DNA of 64,000 nucleotides from an uncultured Candidatus Rokubacteria bacterium (GTDB lineage Bacteria > Methylomirabilota > Methylomirabilia > Rokubacteriales > CSP1-6): positions 832,001 through 896,000 of the forward strand of contig CAVXJS010000021.1 of assembly GCA_963762145.1 (NCBI GenBank), written 5' to 3'. Under the pieces are notes generated by a model. That model made no database searches. It saw only the letters and a list, made by a program, of their open reading frames with translations, and was not told the origin of the DNA. Positions 47,793 through 57,121 of this stretch are shown in pieces; position 1 is the first letter of the stretch, and each line of letters opens with the position of its first letter. Made by a program: the position numbers and the translations under genes.

Positions 47793-48791
47793 ATGCGCTT
47801 CGGCTTCTTCTTCTGGCCGTACACGCCCGAGTACACCGCGCGCATGGCGCGGCGGGGCGAGGAGCTGGGCTTCGATCTGGTCGGCATCGCCGACACCCCC
47901 GGCAACGCACTCGACCCGTGGGTGGCCATGACGCTCGCGGCCGCCGCGACGTCGCGGGTGACGCTGGCCACTTGTGTCACCAACCTCGTCACGCGCCACC
48001 CGTCGATCACCGCGTCGGCCGCCGCGTCGGCGGACGCGGCGGCCGGCGGGCGGACGATCCTGGGCATCGGCGCGGGGCACAGCGGCGTCGCCAACGTGGG
48101 CGGGACGCCGAGCCGCCCCGCGGATCTCCGCGAGGGGCTCACGTTCCTGAAGGCGGCGCTGAGCGGGGCGCCCGCATCCTGGCGCGGCGCCTCCACGCAC
48201 CTCTCTTGGATCAAGCGTACAATCCCCGTCTACGCGGCCGCCTCGGGACCCGCGGCCCTGCGCGCGGTGGGCGCGGCGGCCGACGGCGCCTTCGTCAACT
48301 ACGGCCTCGGCGCGCCGCACGTCAGCCGGGTGCGCGAGCTGATCGCGGAGGGCGCGGCCGGCGCGCCCCGCCCCTCGAGCGCGATCGATGTGTGGTCCAT
48401 CGCCTGCCTCGACGTGGCCGACCGGCGTGACGACGCCTTCGAGAAGCTCGGGAACATCCTGGGCTTCGTCGCGGCGTACATCCTCGGGCCGGACCCGGCC
48501 GGGCGCGGCGTGCCGGCCGATCTCGTGCCCGCCGTCCGCGAGCTGCGCGCCACCTACACCACCCGACGGCGCGACATGGATCCCGCACTCACCAAGCGGC
48601 TCGGCCTCTTCGACTACCTGCGCGGCCGCCTCGCCATCGCGGGGACGCCGGAGGACTGCATCGCCCAGGTGCGCGCCGCCGAGGCCGCCGGGGTCACCCA
48701 GCTCATGTTCACGGTGAGCCTCGCCGCCGATCCCGAGCAAACCGTGGAGCTGTTCGGCCGCACGGTGTTGCCCCGTTTCGCCCGCGGCTGA
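47793..48791 (+). CDS. LLM-class (Mer-like) flavin/F420-dependent oxidoreductase
   Basis: GFDLVGIAD, VTNLVTRHP, ILGIGAG, IAGTPEDC. Confidence 0.88.
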   Translation: MRFGFFFWPYTPEYTARMARRGEELGFDLVGIADTPGNALDPWVAMTLAAAATSRVTLATCVTNLVTRHPSITASAAASADAAAGGRTILGIGAGHSGVANVGGTPSRPADLREGLTFLKAALSGAPASWRGASTHLSWIKRTIPVYAAASGPAALRAVGAAADGAFVNYGLGAPHVSRVRELIAEGAAGAPRPSSAIDVWSIACLDVADRRDDAFEKLGNILGFVAAYILGPDPAGRGVPADLVPAVRELRATYTTRRRDMDPALTKRLGLFDYLRGRLAIAGTPEDCIAQVRAAEAAGVTQLMFTVSLAADPEQTVELFGRTVLPRFARG

Positions 48792-48809
48792 TCCAGTACA
48801 ATACGCGGC

Positions 48810-49643
48810 ATGCGCGTCGGCATCTCGATCGACCCTCCGCTCGCCGCCATTCCCGCGCTGCTCCGGGACGAAGGCGTGGACGTCTACCAGACCGTGCTCC
48901 GCGACCCCGGCCGCTTCGGCAACTACGGCGTCCCCGAGCCGGCCGACCGCGCCGCGCTGGTCGAGGGGCTCCGCGATCGCCCCGTCTGGGGCGTGGCCCA
49001 CGGCTCGCTGCTCGTCAACCTGGCGAGTCCGGAGGGCCGCATCCGCAATTCCTCGGTCTCGAGCCTGCTCGCCGATCTCAAGGTCGCGGCCGAGGTCGGG
49101 CTCGACGCGGTGTGCTTTCACGTGGGCTACGCGAAGGGGCATCCGAGCGCGGACGCCGCGCTGATCCTGGCCACCCGCAAGCTCGGCGAGCTCATCGCGA
49201 AGATGCCGGCGGGCCCGCGGCTCCTGATCGAGAATTCCTGCGAGGGCAGCGAGCTCGGCCAGACCATCGCCGAGCTGGCCCGGCTGGTCCGCGACGTGGG
49301 GGCGCCGCCCGAGCAGCTCGGCCTGCTCATCGACACCTGCCATCTCCACGCCGCCGGCTTCGACCTCGCCGGCGCGGACTCGGGCCAGCGCCTGGCCGAC
49401 GCGCTCTCCGCCGAGGGCGTGCTCGAGCGGGTCGTCGCCTTTCACCTGAACGATTCCCAGCTCGCGTGCGGCGCGCACCGGGATCGCCACGCGATCCCCG
49501 GCGCGGGCACCATCGGCGAGGGCGTGGCCTCGGTAGCGAGCCATCCGGCCTTCGCGGCGCTGCCCGGCGTGATCGAGCTCTCGGTGGAGGACGCGCGCCA
49601 GGGGCTCGCGTTCCTGCGCGAGCGGGGGGCGGCCGGCGGCTGA
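48810..49643 (+). CDS. endonuclease IV-like TIM-barrel protein
   Basis: HGSLLVNLAS, FHVG, IENS, IDTCHLHAAG, HLNDS, HRDRH. Confidence 0.82.
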   Translation: MRVGISIDPPLAAIPALLRDEGVDVYQTVLRDPGRFGNYGVPEPADRAALVEGLRDRPVWGVAHGSLLVNLASPEGRIRNSSVSSLLADLKVAAEVGLDAVCFHVGYAKGHPSADAALILATRKLGELIAKMPAGPRLLIENSCEGSELGQTIAELARLVRDVGAPPEQLGLLIDTCHLHAAGFDLAGADSGQRLADALSAEGVLERVVAFHLNDSQLACGAHRDRHAIPGAGTIGEGVASVASHPAFAALPGVIELSVEDARQGLAFLRERGAAGG

Positions 49644-49785
49644 GCCGGCGGAAGGATTTGCGTATTCTCGCGTTGGCCAGCCGGTAGAGGCCGACGACCT
49701 ACTCTGGGTAGCCGCGTTCCCAACAAGAATTGCACGTCCCGGCCCGGTGACCGCTAACCCGCCGATTTGCCGTCGTTCCTCCGCC

Positions 49786-49801
49786 TGGCCCGGGCCTTGC
49801 C
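49786..49801 (+). promoter_or_regulatory. sigma54 promoter
   Basis: TGGCCCGGGCCTTGCC (GG-N10-GC), 13 nt before the PilZ ATG. Confidence 0.6.
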
Positions 49802-49814
49802 TCTATGAGGCGCC

Positions 49815-50150
49815 ATGGACACCTTGATTGCGCCAGCCCCCATGAAGGCCATCCCATCAGTTGGCGGCCAGCATCAGCGGACTCGCCGCATCAATCGCCG
49901 GGCCAATGTCACGTGGACGGTCTTTGCCCGCGTCCGGGGACAGCGGCTCCGCTTCCACACCGTGGACGTCAGCGCGCGGGGCGCGAAGCTCCGGCCCAGG
50001 GGCGATCTGCAGGCCGGCACCTCGCTGACCCTGCAGTTCGTCAAGCCGAACGGGAAACCGGTTCGCGTGGCCGCGATGGTGTGGCGCGTGGACTCGGACG
50101 GTCTCGGCGTGCTCTTCCTGGGCAGCGAGTCGGAAGGCCTGATGGCCTGA
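49815..50150 (+). CDS. stand-alone PilZ domain protein
   Basis: RRINRR and DVSARG c-di-GMP motifs; VWR...GLGVLF. Confidence 0.85.
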   Translation: MDTLIAPAPMKAIPSVGGQHQRTRRINRRANVTWTVFARVRGQRLRFHTVDVSARGAKLRPRGDLQAGTSLTLQFVKPNGKPVRVAAMVWRVDSDGLGVLFLGSESEGLMA

Positions 50151-50205
50151 AACTCGCTGAGGTAAGATTGCGGGGCCGCCGCGCCGGCATGCGCGCGCGG
50201 CCCCC

Positions 50206-50655
50206 ATGACGACCACCGGCCACTCGTTTCTCGCCGCGCGCACGCGCTCGGCGACCCAGGGATTCGGCCGGCCGATCCCGCGCAAGGAGGACGCGCGCCT
50301 CGTCACCGGGCGCGGCCGCTTCAGCGACGACTTCACCCTGCCGGGGCAGGTCCACGCGCATCTCGTCCGCTCCCTGCACGCCCACGCGCGGGTGCTGTCG
50401 ATCGAGGCCGCCGCCGCGCTCGCGGTCGCGGGCGTGCTCGCGGTCCTCACCGGGCGCGACCCGGTGGCCGACGGGATCGGCTCGATCCCCCACAACCCGG
50501 TGCCGACCAACCCGAACGAGTTCCCGCTGGGCGGCCGCGAGGCCGGACGAGTGCTCGTCACCCCGCACCCGCCACTGGCCGTCGACATCGCGCGCTTCTC
50601 GGGCGAGGCGGTGGCGGTGGTGATCACCGAGACCGCCGCCGTCGCGGCGGACGCT
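50206..50655 (+). pseudogene. truncated xanthine dehydrogenase/CoxL-family large subunit (first ~150 aa)
   Basis: GRPIPRKEDARLVTGRGRFSDD..VRSLHAHA..RFSGEAVAVV; similarity to 50731..53112 ends at ETAAVAADA. Confidence 0.82.
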
Positions 50656-50730
50656 CGGGCGGGCGGTTCATGTCCAAGTCGGGCGAGGTCCACTACGACC
50701 CGAGGTATAGCTGATGGACGCGTCCTATTT

Positions 50731-53112
50731 CTACGCGCTCGATCCGGGTGGGCGCCGCGCAGCCTGGATCGCTTGCCAGACGCGTTCGGGCGTCGCCGGC
50801 ACCTCGATGTGCTCGACGCCCAGTTCGGCCAACGCGTCGCAGATCGCGTTCACCACCGCGCCGAGCGCGGGCGTGGTGCCGCCCTCGCCGCCGCCGCGCA
50901 GGCCGAGGGGGTTCGAGGTCGACTCGACCTCGCTGATCTCGGTGGCGAACGACGGGAGCAGGTCGGCGCGCGGCATCGCGTAGTCCATGAAGGTGGCGGA
51001 GCGGAGCTGGCCAGACTCCGGGTCGTAGTCGGAGAGCTCCCAGAGCGCCTGGCCGACTCCCTGCGCGATGCCGCCGTGGGTCTGGCCGTGCACAATCAAC
51101 GGGTTGATGGCGCGCCCCACGTCGTCCACGCTGCTGTAGCGCACGATCTCGACCACGCCGGTCTCCGGATCGACCTCGACCTCGCACACCGCGGAGCCGT
51201 AGGGGAAGGACGGCGTGCTCACCGTCTCGTCGCACTCGCCCTCGAGGGGGCCGCGCAGGTCGGCCGGCGCGTCGTCCCGCTGCGCGGCAGCCGCGACCGC
51301 GAAGAGGTCGACCGCGCGGTCGGTCCCGCGGACGCCGAAGCGCCGCTCGGCGAACTCCACGTCCTCCACCGCGGATTCCAGGAGCCACGCCGCGAGCCGG
51401 GCCCCACGCTCCACGAGCCGGTCGGAGGCCTTGGCCATCACCACGCCGCCCAGGCGCATGGAGCGGCCAGAGTGCGAGCCGCCGCCCACCGCCACCCGGT
51501 CGGTGTCGCCCGCGATCAGGCGCACCCGATCGGGCTCTACGCCGAGCCACTCCGCGATGAGCTGTGCGAAGGCGGTCTCGTGCCCCTGCCCGGCCGAGAG
51601 CGTGCCGATCACCACTTCGACGACGCCGTCCGGGCGCGCGGTCACCTGCGCCCGCTCGCGGGGCGCGCCGGTGGCGATCTCGATGTAGTTGGCGAGGCCG
51701 ATGCCTCGGTAGCGCCCGCGGCGCCGGGCTTCCGCGCGGCGCGCCTCGAAACCGGACCAGTCGGCGATCGTGAGCACGCGGTCCTGCGTGCCCGGGTAGT
51801 CGCCGCTGTCGTAGACGATACCGAAGGGGTTCGTGTAGGGCATCGCCCCCGGCGGGACCAGGTTGCGCCGACGCAGGTTCACCCGGTCGAAGCCGTGGCG
51901 GCGGGCGGCCAGGTCGATCAGCCGCTCCATCACGAACATGACCTGGGGCCGGCCCGCGCTGCGGTAGGCGGAGAGCGGCGAGGTGTTGCTGTGCACCGCG
52001 CGGCCGCGGACGGCGGCGACCGGCAGGCGATAGACGGTCGTGGACAGCTCGCGGCCCTTGTTGAGCGGCACGAAGGTCACCGCGTGGGCGCCGACATTGC
52101 TCGTGTTGGTGCCGCGCAGTCCGAGGAAGCTCCCGTCCGCGTCGAGGGCCAGCTCCATGGTCGAGACCAGATCGCGGGCCTGGTAGTCGGAAAAAAACAT
52201 CTCGCGCCGGTCGCCGGTCCACTTGACCGGCCGACCGAGGCGCCGGGCCGCCCAGACCACCAGCGAGTACTCGGGGTAGGAGCTGTTGCGGGTGCCGTAG
52301 TTGCCGCCCACATCCTGGGCGATCACCCGCACGCTGGCCTCGGGCACGCGCAGCACCTCGGCGAGATCGCTCTTGAGGCGCACCGACCCGCCCGAACCCG
52401 CGTAGAGGGTAACGCGACCGGTGGCCACGTCGTGAACGCCGAGGGCGACGCGCGGCTCCATCGGCACGCCGGTGATGCGCGGCACCCAGGTGTCGAGCCG
52501 CACCACGTGGGCGGCCGCCGCGAAGGCGGCGTCGGCGGCGCGTGTGTCGCCCGCCACCGAGTCGACGCACAGGTTGCCGGCGAGAGAATCCCAGAGCTGA
52601 GGCGCGCCGCGGCCGACCGCGTCGCGGGTGGCGGTCACCGCCGGAAGCGGCTCCCAGTCGATACGCACCCGCTCGGCCGCGTCGGCGGCGACGGCCGCGG
52701 TCTCAGCGACCACCATCGCCACCGCCTCGCCCGCGAAGCGCGCCCGGTCGGTGGGCAGCGGCGGGTACGGCGCGACGAAGATCGGCGCGTTCTCGGGGCC
52801 GGCGAGCGGGTACTCGTTCGGGTTGGTCGGCACCGGGCGATGAGGGATGTCCGCGAGGCCGTCGGCCGCCGCGTCCCGCCCGGTCAGCACCGCGAGCACG
52901 CCCGGCATGGCGAGCACGGCAGCGGGGTCGATACGTCCGAGGCGCGCGTGCGCATGCGGAGAGCGCACGAAGCACGCGTAGGCCTGGCCGGGCAGATTGA
53001 CATCATCGCTGTAGCAACCCGCACCGACGAGCAGGCGCGCGTCCTCCTTGCGCAGGACCGGCTTGCCGAATCCTTCGCGGGCCGAGCGGGCTCGCGATTG
53101 AAGGAAGGACAC
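50731..53112 (-). CDS. xanthine dehydrogenase/CoxL-family molybdopterin-binding subunit
   Basis: RKEDARLLVG, PMEPR, DVGGNYG, AYRSAGRP, GQGHET, GGSHSGRS, HGQTHGGIAQG, RGGGEGG. Confidence 0.93.
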   Translation of the reverse strand: MSFLQSRARSAREGFGKPVLRKEDARLLVGAGCYSDDVNLPGQAYACFVRSPHAHARLGRIDPAAVLAMPGVLAVLTGRDAAADGLADIPHRPVPTNPNEYPLAGPENAPIFVAPYPPLPTDRARFAGEAVAMVVAETAAVAADAAERVRIDWEPLPAVTATRDAVGRGAPQLWDSLAGNLCVDSVAGDTRAADAAFAAAAHVVRLDTWVPRITGVPMEPRVALGVHDVATGRVTLYAGSGGSVRLKSDLAEVLRVPEASVRVIAQDVGGNYGTRNSSYPEYSLVVWAARRLGRPVKWTGDRREMFFSDYQARDLVSTMELALDADGSFLGLRGTNTSNVGAHAVTFVPLNKGRELSTTVYRLPVAAVRGRAVHSNTSPLSAYRSAGRPQVMFVMERLIDLAARRHGFDRVNLRRRNLVPPGAMPYTNPFGIVYDSGDYPGTQDRVLTIADWSGFEARRAEARRRGRYRGIGLANYIEIATGAPRERAQVTARPDGVVEVVIGTLSAGQGHETAFAQLIAEWLGVEPDRVRLIAGDTDRVAVGGGSHSGRSMRLGGVVMAKASDRLVERGARLAAWLLESAVEDVEFAERRFGVRGTDRAVDLFAVAAAAQRDDAPADLRGPLEGECDETVSTPSFPYGSAVCEVEVDPETGVVEIVRYSSVDDVGRAINPLIVHGQTHGGIAQGVGQALWELSDYDPESGQLRSATFMDYAMPRADLLPSFATEISEVESTSNPLGLRGGGEGGTTPALGAVVNAICDALAELGVEHIEVPATPERVWQAIQAARRPPGSSA

Positions 53113-53653
53113 GCGAGTGACGGCTCAGGATGGCAAATGGAACCGGATGCCGTGCATGACCACCTCGCGGGACAAGGCCGCGCCCTCAGGCGCTCTCCAC
53201 TCCGCCGCCGTCAGGAAGAACACGTCGGAAAGCCGGCGAAGGGCATTGTCTCCCGCCAGTGACCCGAAGGCAGCCCTCTCGCAGCCGGCTCGCCGAGTGA
53301 CAACCGTGGTGATCACGTGTCGCAGGTCGGCGGGCGCGCGCTCTCGGTCAAGAACGGCGACACCGGGCGAACTCGATGACTTGTTCGGCATATCCTTTTT
53401 CGGTGAAGCGAGTATACGCGGCTCGACTGCATCGATCTCCCCCTCGATGCTCTCACTCTGCCCCACTATGCTCAGCTCACCGACGCCGCCCCGGGCGAGC
53501 CCGCCGGCATCATCCGCGCGCGTGCTGGGGCTCGGACGCTTCTCGGGCTCGGGAACCAGCACTTGGAACCAGCCCGCAAATCCTCGTAAGCACGAGCGAT
53601 CTTAGCGGGGTAGTGATAATTAAACAGTTGCGAAGCTGCTGAGAAAAGATAGG

Positions 53654-53675
53654 GCTCCGACCGAGCTACCCCGGC
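53654..53675 (-). pseudogene. tRNA 5' remnant (degenerate)
   Basis: Minus strand GCCGGGG-TA-GCTC-GGTCG-GAGC (acceptor strand plus D-arm), then diverges. Confidence 0.55.
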
Positions 53676-53858
53676 GTTCGTCCGTAAACTCTACCACTTC
53701 CTGCGCGTTCGTCCCGCTGCCCCCCCTCTGGCACCCGTCACAGACGGTGGGTGCCGGCGGCTGGAACGTGAGACGATCGAGCAGGTGCTCAGGGTGCCGG
53801 AGATCCGCTCAATCAGTGCCGTAACTTTTATCACCCGCAACATGGGGCGAGCGGTCCG
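53663..53858. repeat. ~200-bp direct repeat, copy A (copy B at 63804-64000)
   Basis: Near-identical from GAGCTACCC to CATGGGGCGAGCGGTCCG. Confidence 0.92.
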
Positions 53859-54158
53859 GTTCCTACGAGGCACTCGGCTTCTCAATGGCCTACGGAGGCG
53901 AAACAGAGGCCTTCCAGGGTCGGGACGGAATCCCTGAATCTTGCGAGGGCCGATGATCCGTCGCCTTCGACGAATACAATGCGCGTCATTTTCCACGTCG
54001 ACGACGTTGACGCCATGTATGCGCACGTCCTGGCCCCGGGGTTCACGCCGGATACGCCGCCCAGCGACGCGGCATGGGGCGAGCGCTACTTTCACCTGAC
54101 CGACCCCGATGGCCACGCCCTTTCATTTGCCCGGCCCTTTCGGGGTGCGGACGGATGA
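53794..54158 (+). pseudogene. VOC/glyoxalase family pseudogene
   Basis: MPEIRSISAVTFITRNMGRAVRF, frameshift, YEALGF ... RVIFHVDDVDAMY..DAAWGERYFHLTDPDGH. Confidence 0.8.
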
Positions 54159-54312
54159 TCAGGCGCTTCCGTATCTGGTAACATCAATGATCCGCCCGCG
54201 CAGGAGCGACTGGGGTATCGTCAGACCGAGCGCCTTGGCGGTCATGGCAATGGCGATCCGTGCAGTCGCGCCATCCTAGTGCGTAAAGGCTTCCTGCAGC
54301 ACTGGCACTTCG

Positions 54313-54507
54313 CTACCTCCATCCGGGAGACTGGTACTCGCAGTAACCGTCGAGTATGTTCGGGCGCCACCACCCGCCTTGTCGCTCGCAAGTGGCCTTG
54401 AGCTCTTCCGGCGTATACAGCGGCGGGCGCGGGGTGCCGCCGCAGCCGACCAGGACGGCCACGACCAAGCCGACAAGGAACGCCCGGCTCCACGCCATCG
54501 GGGGCAT
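54313..54507 (-). CDS. small lipoprotein
   Basis: LVGC lipobox; YTPEELKATCERQGGWWR..GYCEYQ. Confidence 0.7.
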   Translation of the reverse strand: MPPMAWSRAFLVGLVVAVLVGCGGTPRPPLYTPEELKATCERQGGWWRPNILDGYCEYQSPGWR

Positions 54508-54740
54508 CACGCGAACTAACTGACGGTCCACATTTCTAATCTGCCGGTGGGGATCAACCGCGTCCACTTCAGCGCCGAAGACTCCGGAACCCGCCGGGAA
54601 TCCGGTCTCGGCTGCCGGAACTTTGGGGGCGGAATGGCGCCCGGCAGAACGACCACGCTACCGGCAACAGGCGCGGCTGGTGTCACGGAGATCGCGGTAG
54701 TGCAGGCAAGGTTACGACGAGATCTCCGGCGCCGGGTCCG

Positions 54741-55490
54741 TTAAGTGCCCGGGGGGATTCCTGCGGCTAGCGCCCGGTGGTCCGCCAGGCGCGCCAGGCG
54801 CAGCAGCATGAGCACCCGGATCACGACCCACGAGGGATCGAACTCGAAGCGGCCCATGCTGAACTTGGGGCTCGAGGGATACGCGTGGTGGTTGTTGTGC
54901 AGGCTCTCGCCGCCGGTGAGCCAGGCGAGCACGCGCAGGTTCGTGGCCGAGTTGTTGCCGAAGTTCCGCCGGCCCCACCAGTGGCCGAGGCCGTTGATGG
55001 ACGGGGCCAGCACGAAGACGTAGAGCACGAAGTGGCTCACCGCCAGGAGCAGCCCCCAGGCGGGGCCGAGGACCAGCATGGCCGCGGCGATGCCGAGCAC
55101 CCCGCCGAGCGTGCCCTTGTTGAAGAGCACGCGATCCCACACGTCGTCCCGGATGTCCTTGGCCCAGCGGGCGAGGGTCTCGGGGTTGCGGGCCTCGCGC
55201 ACGTAGTAATAGACGTTCCAGAGCTGGATCTTCCAGAAGCCGTGGACGAGGGGGCTGTGGGGATCCCGCTCGGTGTCGGTGAAGGCGTGATGCTTGCGGT
55301 GCACCGCCACCCACTCGCGGCGGTTCTGGCCGGTCGTGAACCAGAGCACGAAGCGGAAGACCCAGTCCGCGAAGGGATGCAGATTGAGCGCGCGGTGCGC
55401 GAGCCCGCGGTGCAAGTACACCGACGTTGCGATGACGGCGGCTTGCGTCACCAGAAGCGTGCCGATCACGTACAAGAGCGGTCGAAGCAT
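54741..55490 (-). CDS. membrane fatty acid (delta-9-type) desaturase
   Basis: His boxes HRGLAH, HRKHH, HNNHH; DPHSP; EFDP. Confidence 0.92.
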   Translation of the reverse strand: MLRPLLYVIGTLLVTQAAVIATSVYLHRGLAHRALNLHPFADWVFRFVLWFTTGQNRREWVAVHRKHHAFTDTERDPHSPLVHGFWKIQLWNVYYYVREARNPETLARWAKDIRDDVWDRVLFNKGTLGGVLGIAAAMLVLGPAWGLLLAVSHFVLYVFVLAPSINGLGHWWGRRNFGNNSATNLRVLAWLTGGESLHNNHHAYPSSPKFSMGRFEFDPSWVVIRVLMLLRLARLADHRALAAGIPPGT

Positions 55491-55505
55491 GGCGGGGACT
55501 TGACC

Positions 55506-55763
55506 CTAAGCCCGGCGCGGCCCGCGCGCGATCATCCGATACGCGACCAACAATACAATCGCTCCCAGCACGGCCATGATGAACCCTACCGGATCATTCG
55601 GGCCATACCAGCCGAACACGCGGCCAACAAGACCGCCAACGAGGGCGCCCGCGACGCCAAGAAGAGTTGTGACGATGAAACCGCCCGGATCCCGTCCGGG
55701 AGTGAGGAACTTGGCGGCGATTCCGACGATGAGGCCGAAGACAATCCAGCCAATGACTCCCAT
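55506..55763 (-). CDS. GlsB/YeaQ/YmgE family stress-response membrane protein
   Basis: IGWIVFGLIVGIAAKFLTPGRDPGGFIVT..AVLGAIVLL. Confidence 0.9.
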   Translation of the reverse strand: MGVIGWIVFGLIVGIAAKFLTPGRDPGGFIVTTLLGVAGALVGGLVGRVFGWYGPNDPVGFIMAVLGAIVLLVAYRMIARGPRRA

Positions 55764-55815
55764 GTTGTGTTCTCCTCTGTTCATCTGATGAGCGTGTGTG
55801 GTCTTTAGAATGGCT

Positions 55816-56305
55816 TCATGGTCCTCGGCGTGAACAGCGACTTTCGGCATCGAAGCCAGGCAGGATCGCCTTGGACCTGCGCAACACCGTGATCGTCCAG
55901 AACCAGCATCCCGATCCCCCGGTCGCGATAGCTCGGGGTCGTGGTCTTGTTGATGAGCCCGAAATTGCTCTCGACGATGTCGAACCGATCGACCCGGAGC
56001 TGCAGACCTGGGCCCTGGGGCTGATCGGCCGCTTTAGCGTTTCGCGGGTCGCCTCTTTTGCCGCGCCCGCCTTAGCAGGAGTCTGAATGTAGTCCACGCG
56101 GATGCCGTCCAGGCTCGCGTTCATCTTGTCTTCGGTATAGAGGCGCAGCGGTTCGTCGATGAAGAAGAGCGCGATCACGGAGGCCACGAGCAGGAGCACG
56201 ACGAGCGCGCGAGGAGCCAGCGGCGCGGGTCACGGTCGTGGCAGGCTGTTCCACCCGCTTCACACCCGGGGCCACGAGTTCCTCGGGGCTATCCTCATCG
56301 AGCAT
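55816..56305 (-). pseudogene. degraded fragment of a DUF748-like envelope protein gene
   Basis: FFIDEPLRLYTEDKMNASLDG plus further pieces in shifting frames. Confidence 0.45.
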
Positions 56306-56720
56306 GCTGACCGGGGCGTATCAGGCGTTCCAGCGCGGCCTTGATGAAGACAGCGGCAGCGGCCGAGCCCGCCGCTCCGATGATGCGCCGGGTCGCGGTC
56401 GGCTCAACCGCGACTCGCTCAGGCCGATCGATCATCCGGCTGAACGCCTCGCGTAGGCGCCCGCTGCGGGCCGTCAGCGTGTTGCGGCGGCGTGCCCGCC
56501 ATACCTTCAGAGCGATCCAGCCCCCTATGATTGCTCCCGCCGCAAGCACGGTGGATGTGGCACCCAGCGCATGTCGCCGAACCTGGAGCCCGACGTTCGT
56601 GAACTCGTGACTACGCCGGGTCAACTCACCCATGAGCCTGGTGAGTTCTGCCCGGCGCCGCACGATGTCCGCCTCGATGGGTTGCGGATCGCGCGGCGCC
56701 TCCGCGTCGGCCTCGGTCAC
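56295..56720 (-). CDS. DUF3618-like membrane-associated protein
   Basis: IEADIVRRRAELTRLMGELTRR plus TM segment; GTGA coupling with the upstream gene. Confidence 0.65.
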   Translation of the reverse strand: MTEADAEAPRDPQPIEADIVRRRAELTRLMGELTRRSHEFTNVGLQVRRHALGATSTVLAAGAIIGGWIALKVWRARRRNTLTARSGRLREAFSRMIDRPERVAVEPTATRRIIGAAGSAAAAVFIKAALERLIRPGQHAR

Positions 56721-57121
56721 CCGACCTGTTGCTTCAGCCACTCCCAGTCCTCCTTGAGCGATTTCCGCGTGAGGGCCAGCGGTGAACTCGGACGCTGCTG
56801 CCAGCCTATGTAGCCGGCCCCGGCACCCACCCCGAGCACGATCCCCGCCACCACGAGTGCGGCCAGCCAGCCCGGCACCAGCATGGCCAGCCCCAGGACC
56901 GCCGAGACTAGGAGCAGCGTGACACCGACGAGCGCCGCCACCGTCGCCACGCCGAGCCCCACCAGGGCCCGACGTGCCGACCGCACACTGCTCGCCAGCT
57001 CGGCACGCGCCAGCTCCACCTCGGCCTGGGCGAGTTGCACGAGCTGGCTGCCGATCTCGCCGACCAGCTCCCGAGTGCCTGGTCCGCCGTTATGCCCGCG
57101 CACTTGATGGTACGAGGCCAC
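56717..57121 (-). CDS. phage holin-like family (DUF1469-type) membrane protein
   Basis: ELVGEIGSQLVQLAQAEVELARAEL, two TM helices, TRKSLKEDWEWLK. Confidence 0.85.
   Translation of the reverse strand: MASYHQVRGHNGGPGTRELVGEIGSQLVQLAQAEVELARAELASSVRSARRALVGLGVATVAALVGVTLLLVSAVLGLAMLVPGWLAALVVAGIVLGVGAGAGYIGWQQRPSSPLALTRKSLKEDWEWLKQQVG

Noticed and set aside
5630-49544. Many long Arg/Gly/Pro-rich alternative-frame and antisense ORFs (e.g. 5630-7309, 17146-19134, 23568-25514, 47325-49544)
   Set aside because: Expected shadow ORFs in high-GC DNA overlapping well-supported genes.
50206-53262. 1018-aa + strand ORF
   Set aside because: Only the first ~150 aa are protein-like; the rest is antisense read-through of the real minus-strand gene.
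53125-53605. Overlapping ORFs upstream of the molybdo-hydroxylase gene
   Set aside because: No recognisable motif, RBS or codon bias; cannot support a CDS.
56717-57121. Holin-family gene as evidence of a prophage
   Set aside because: This family is common in stress operons; no endolysin, structural or integrase genes are present.
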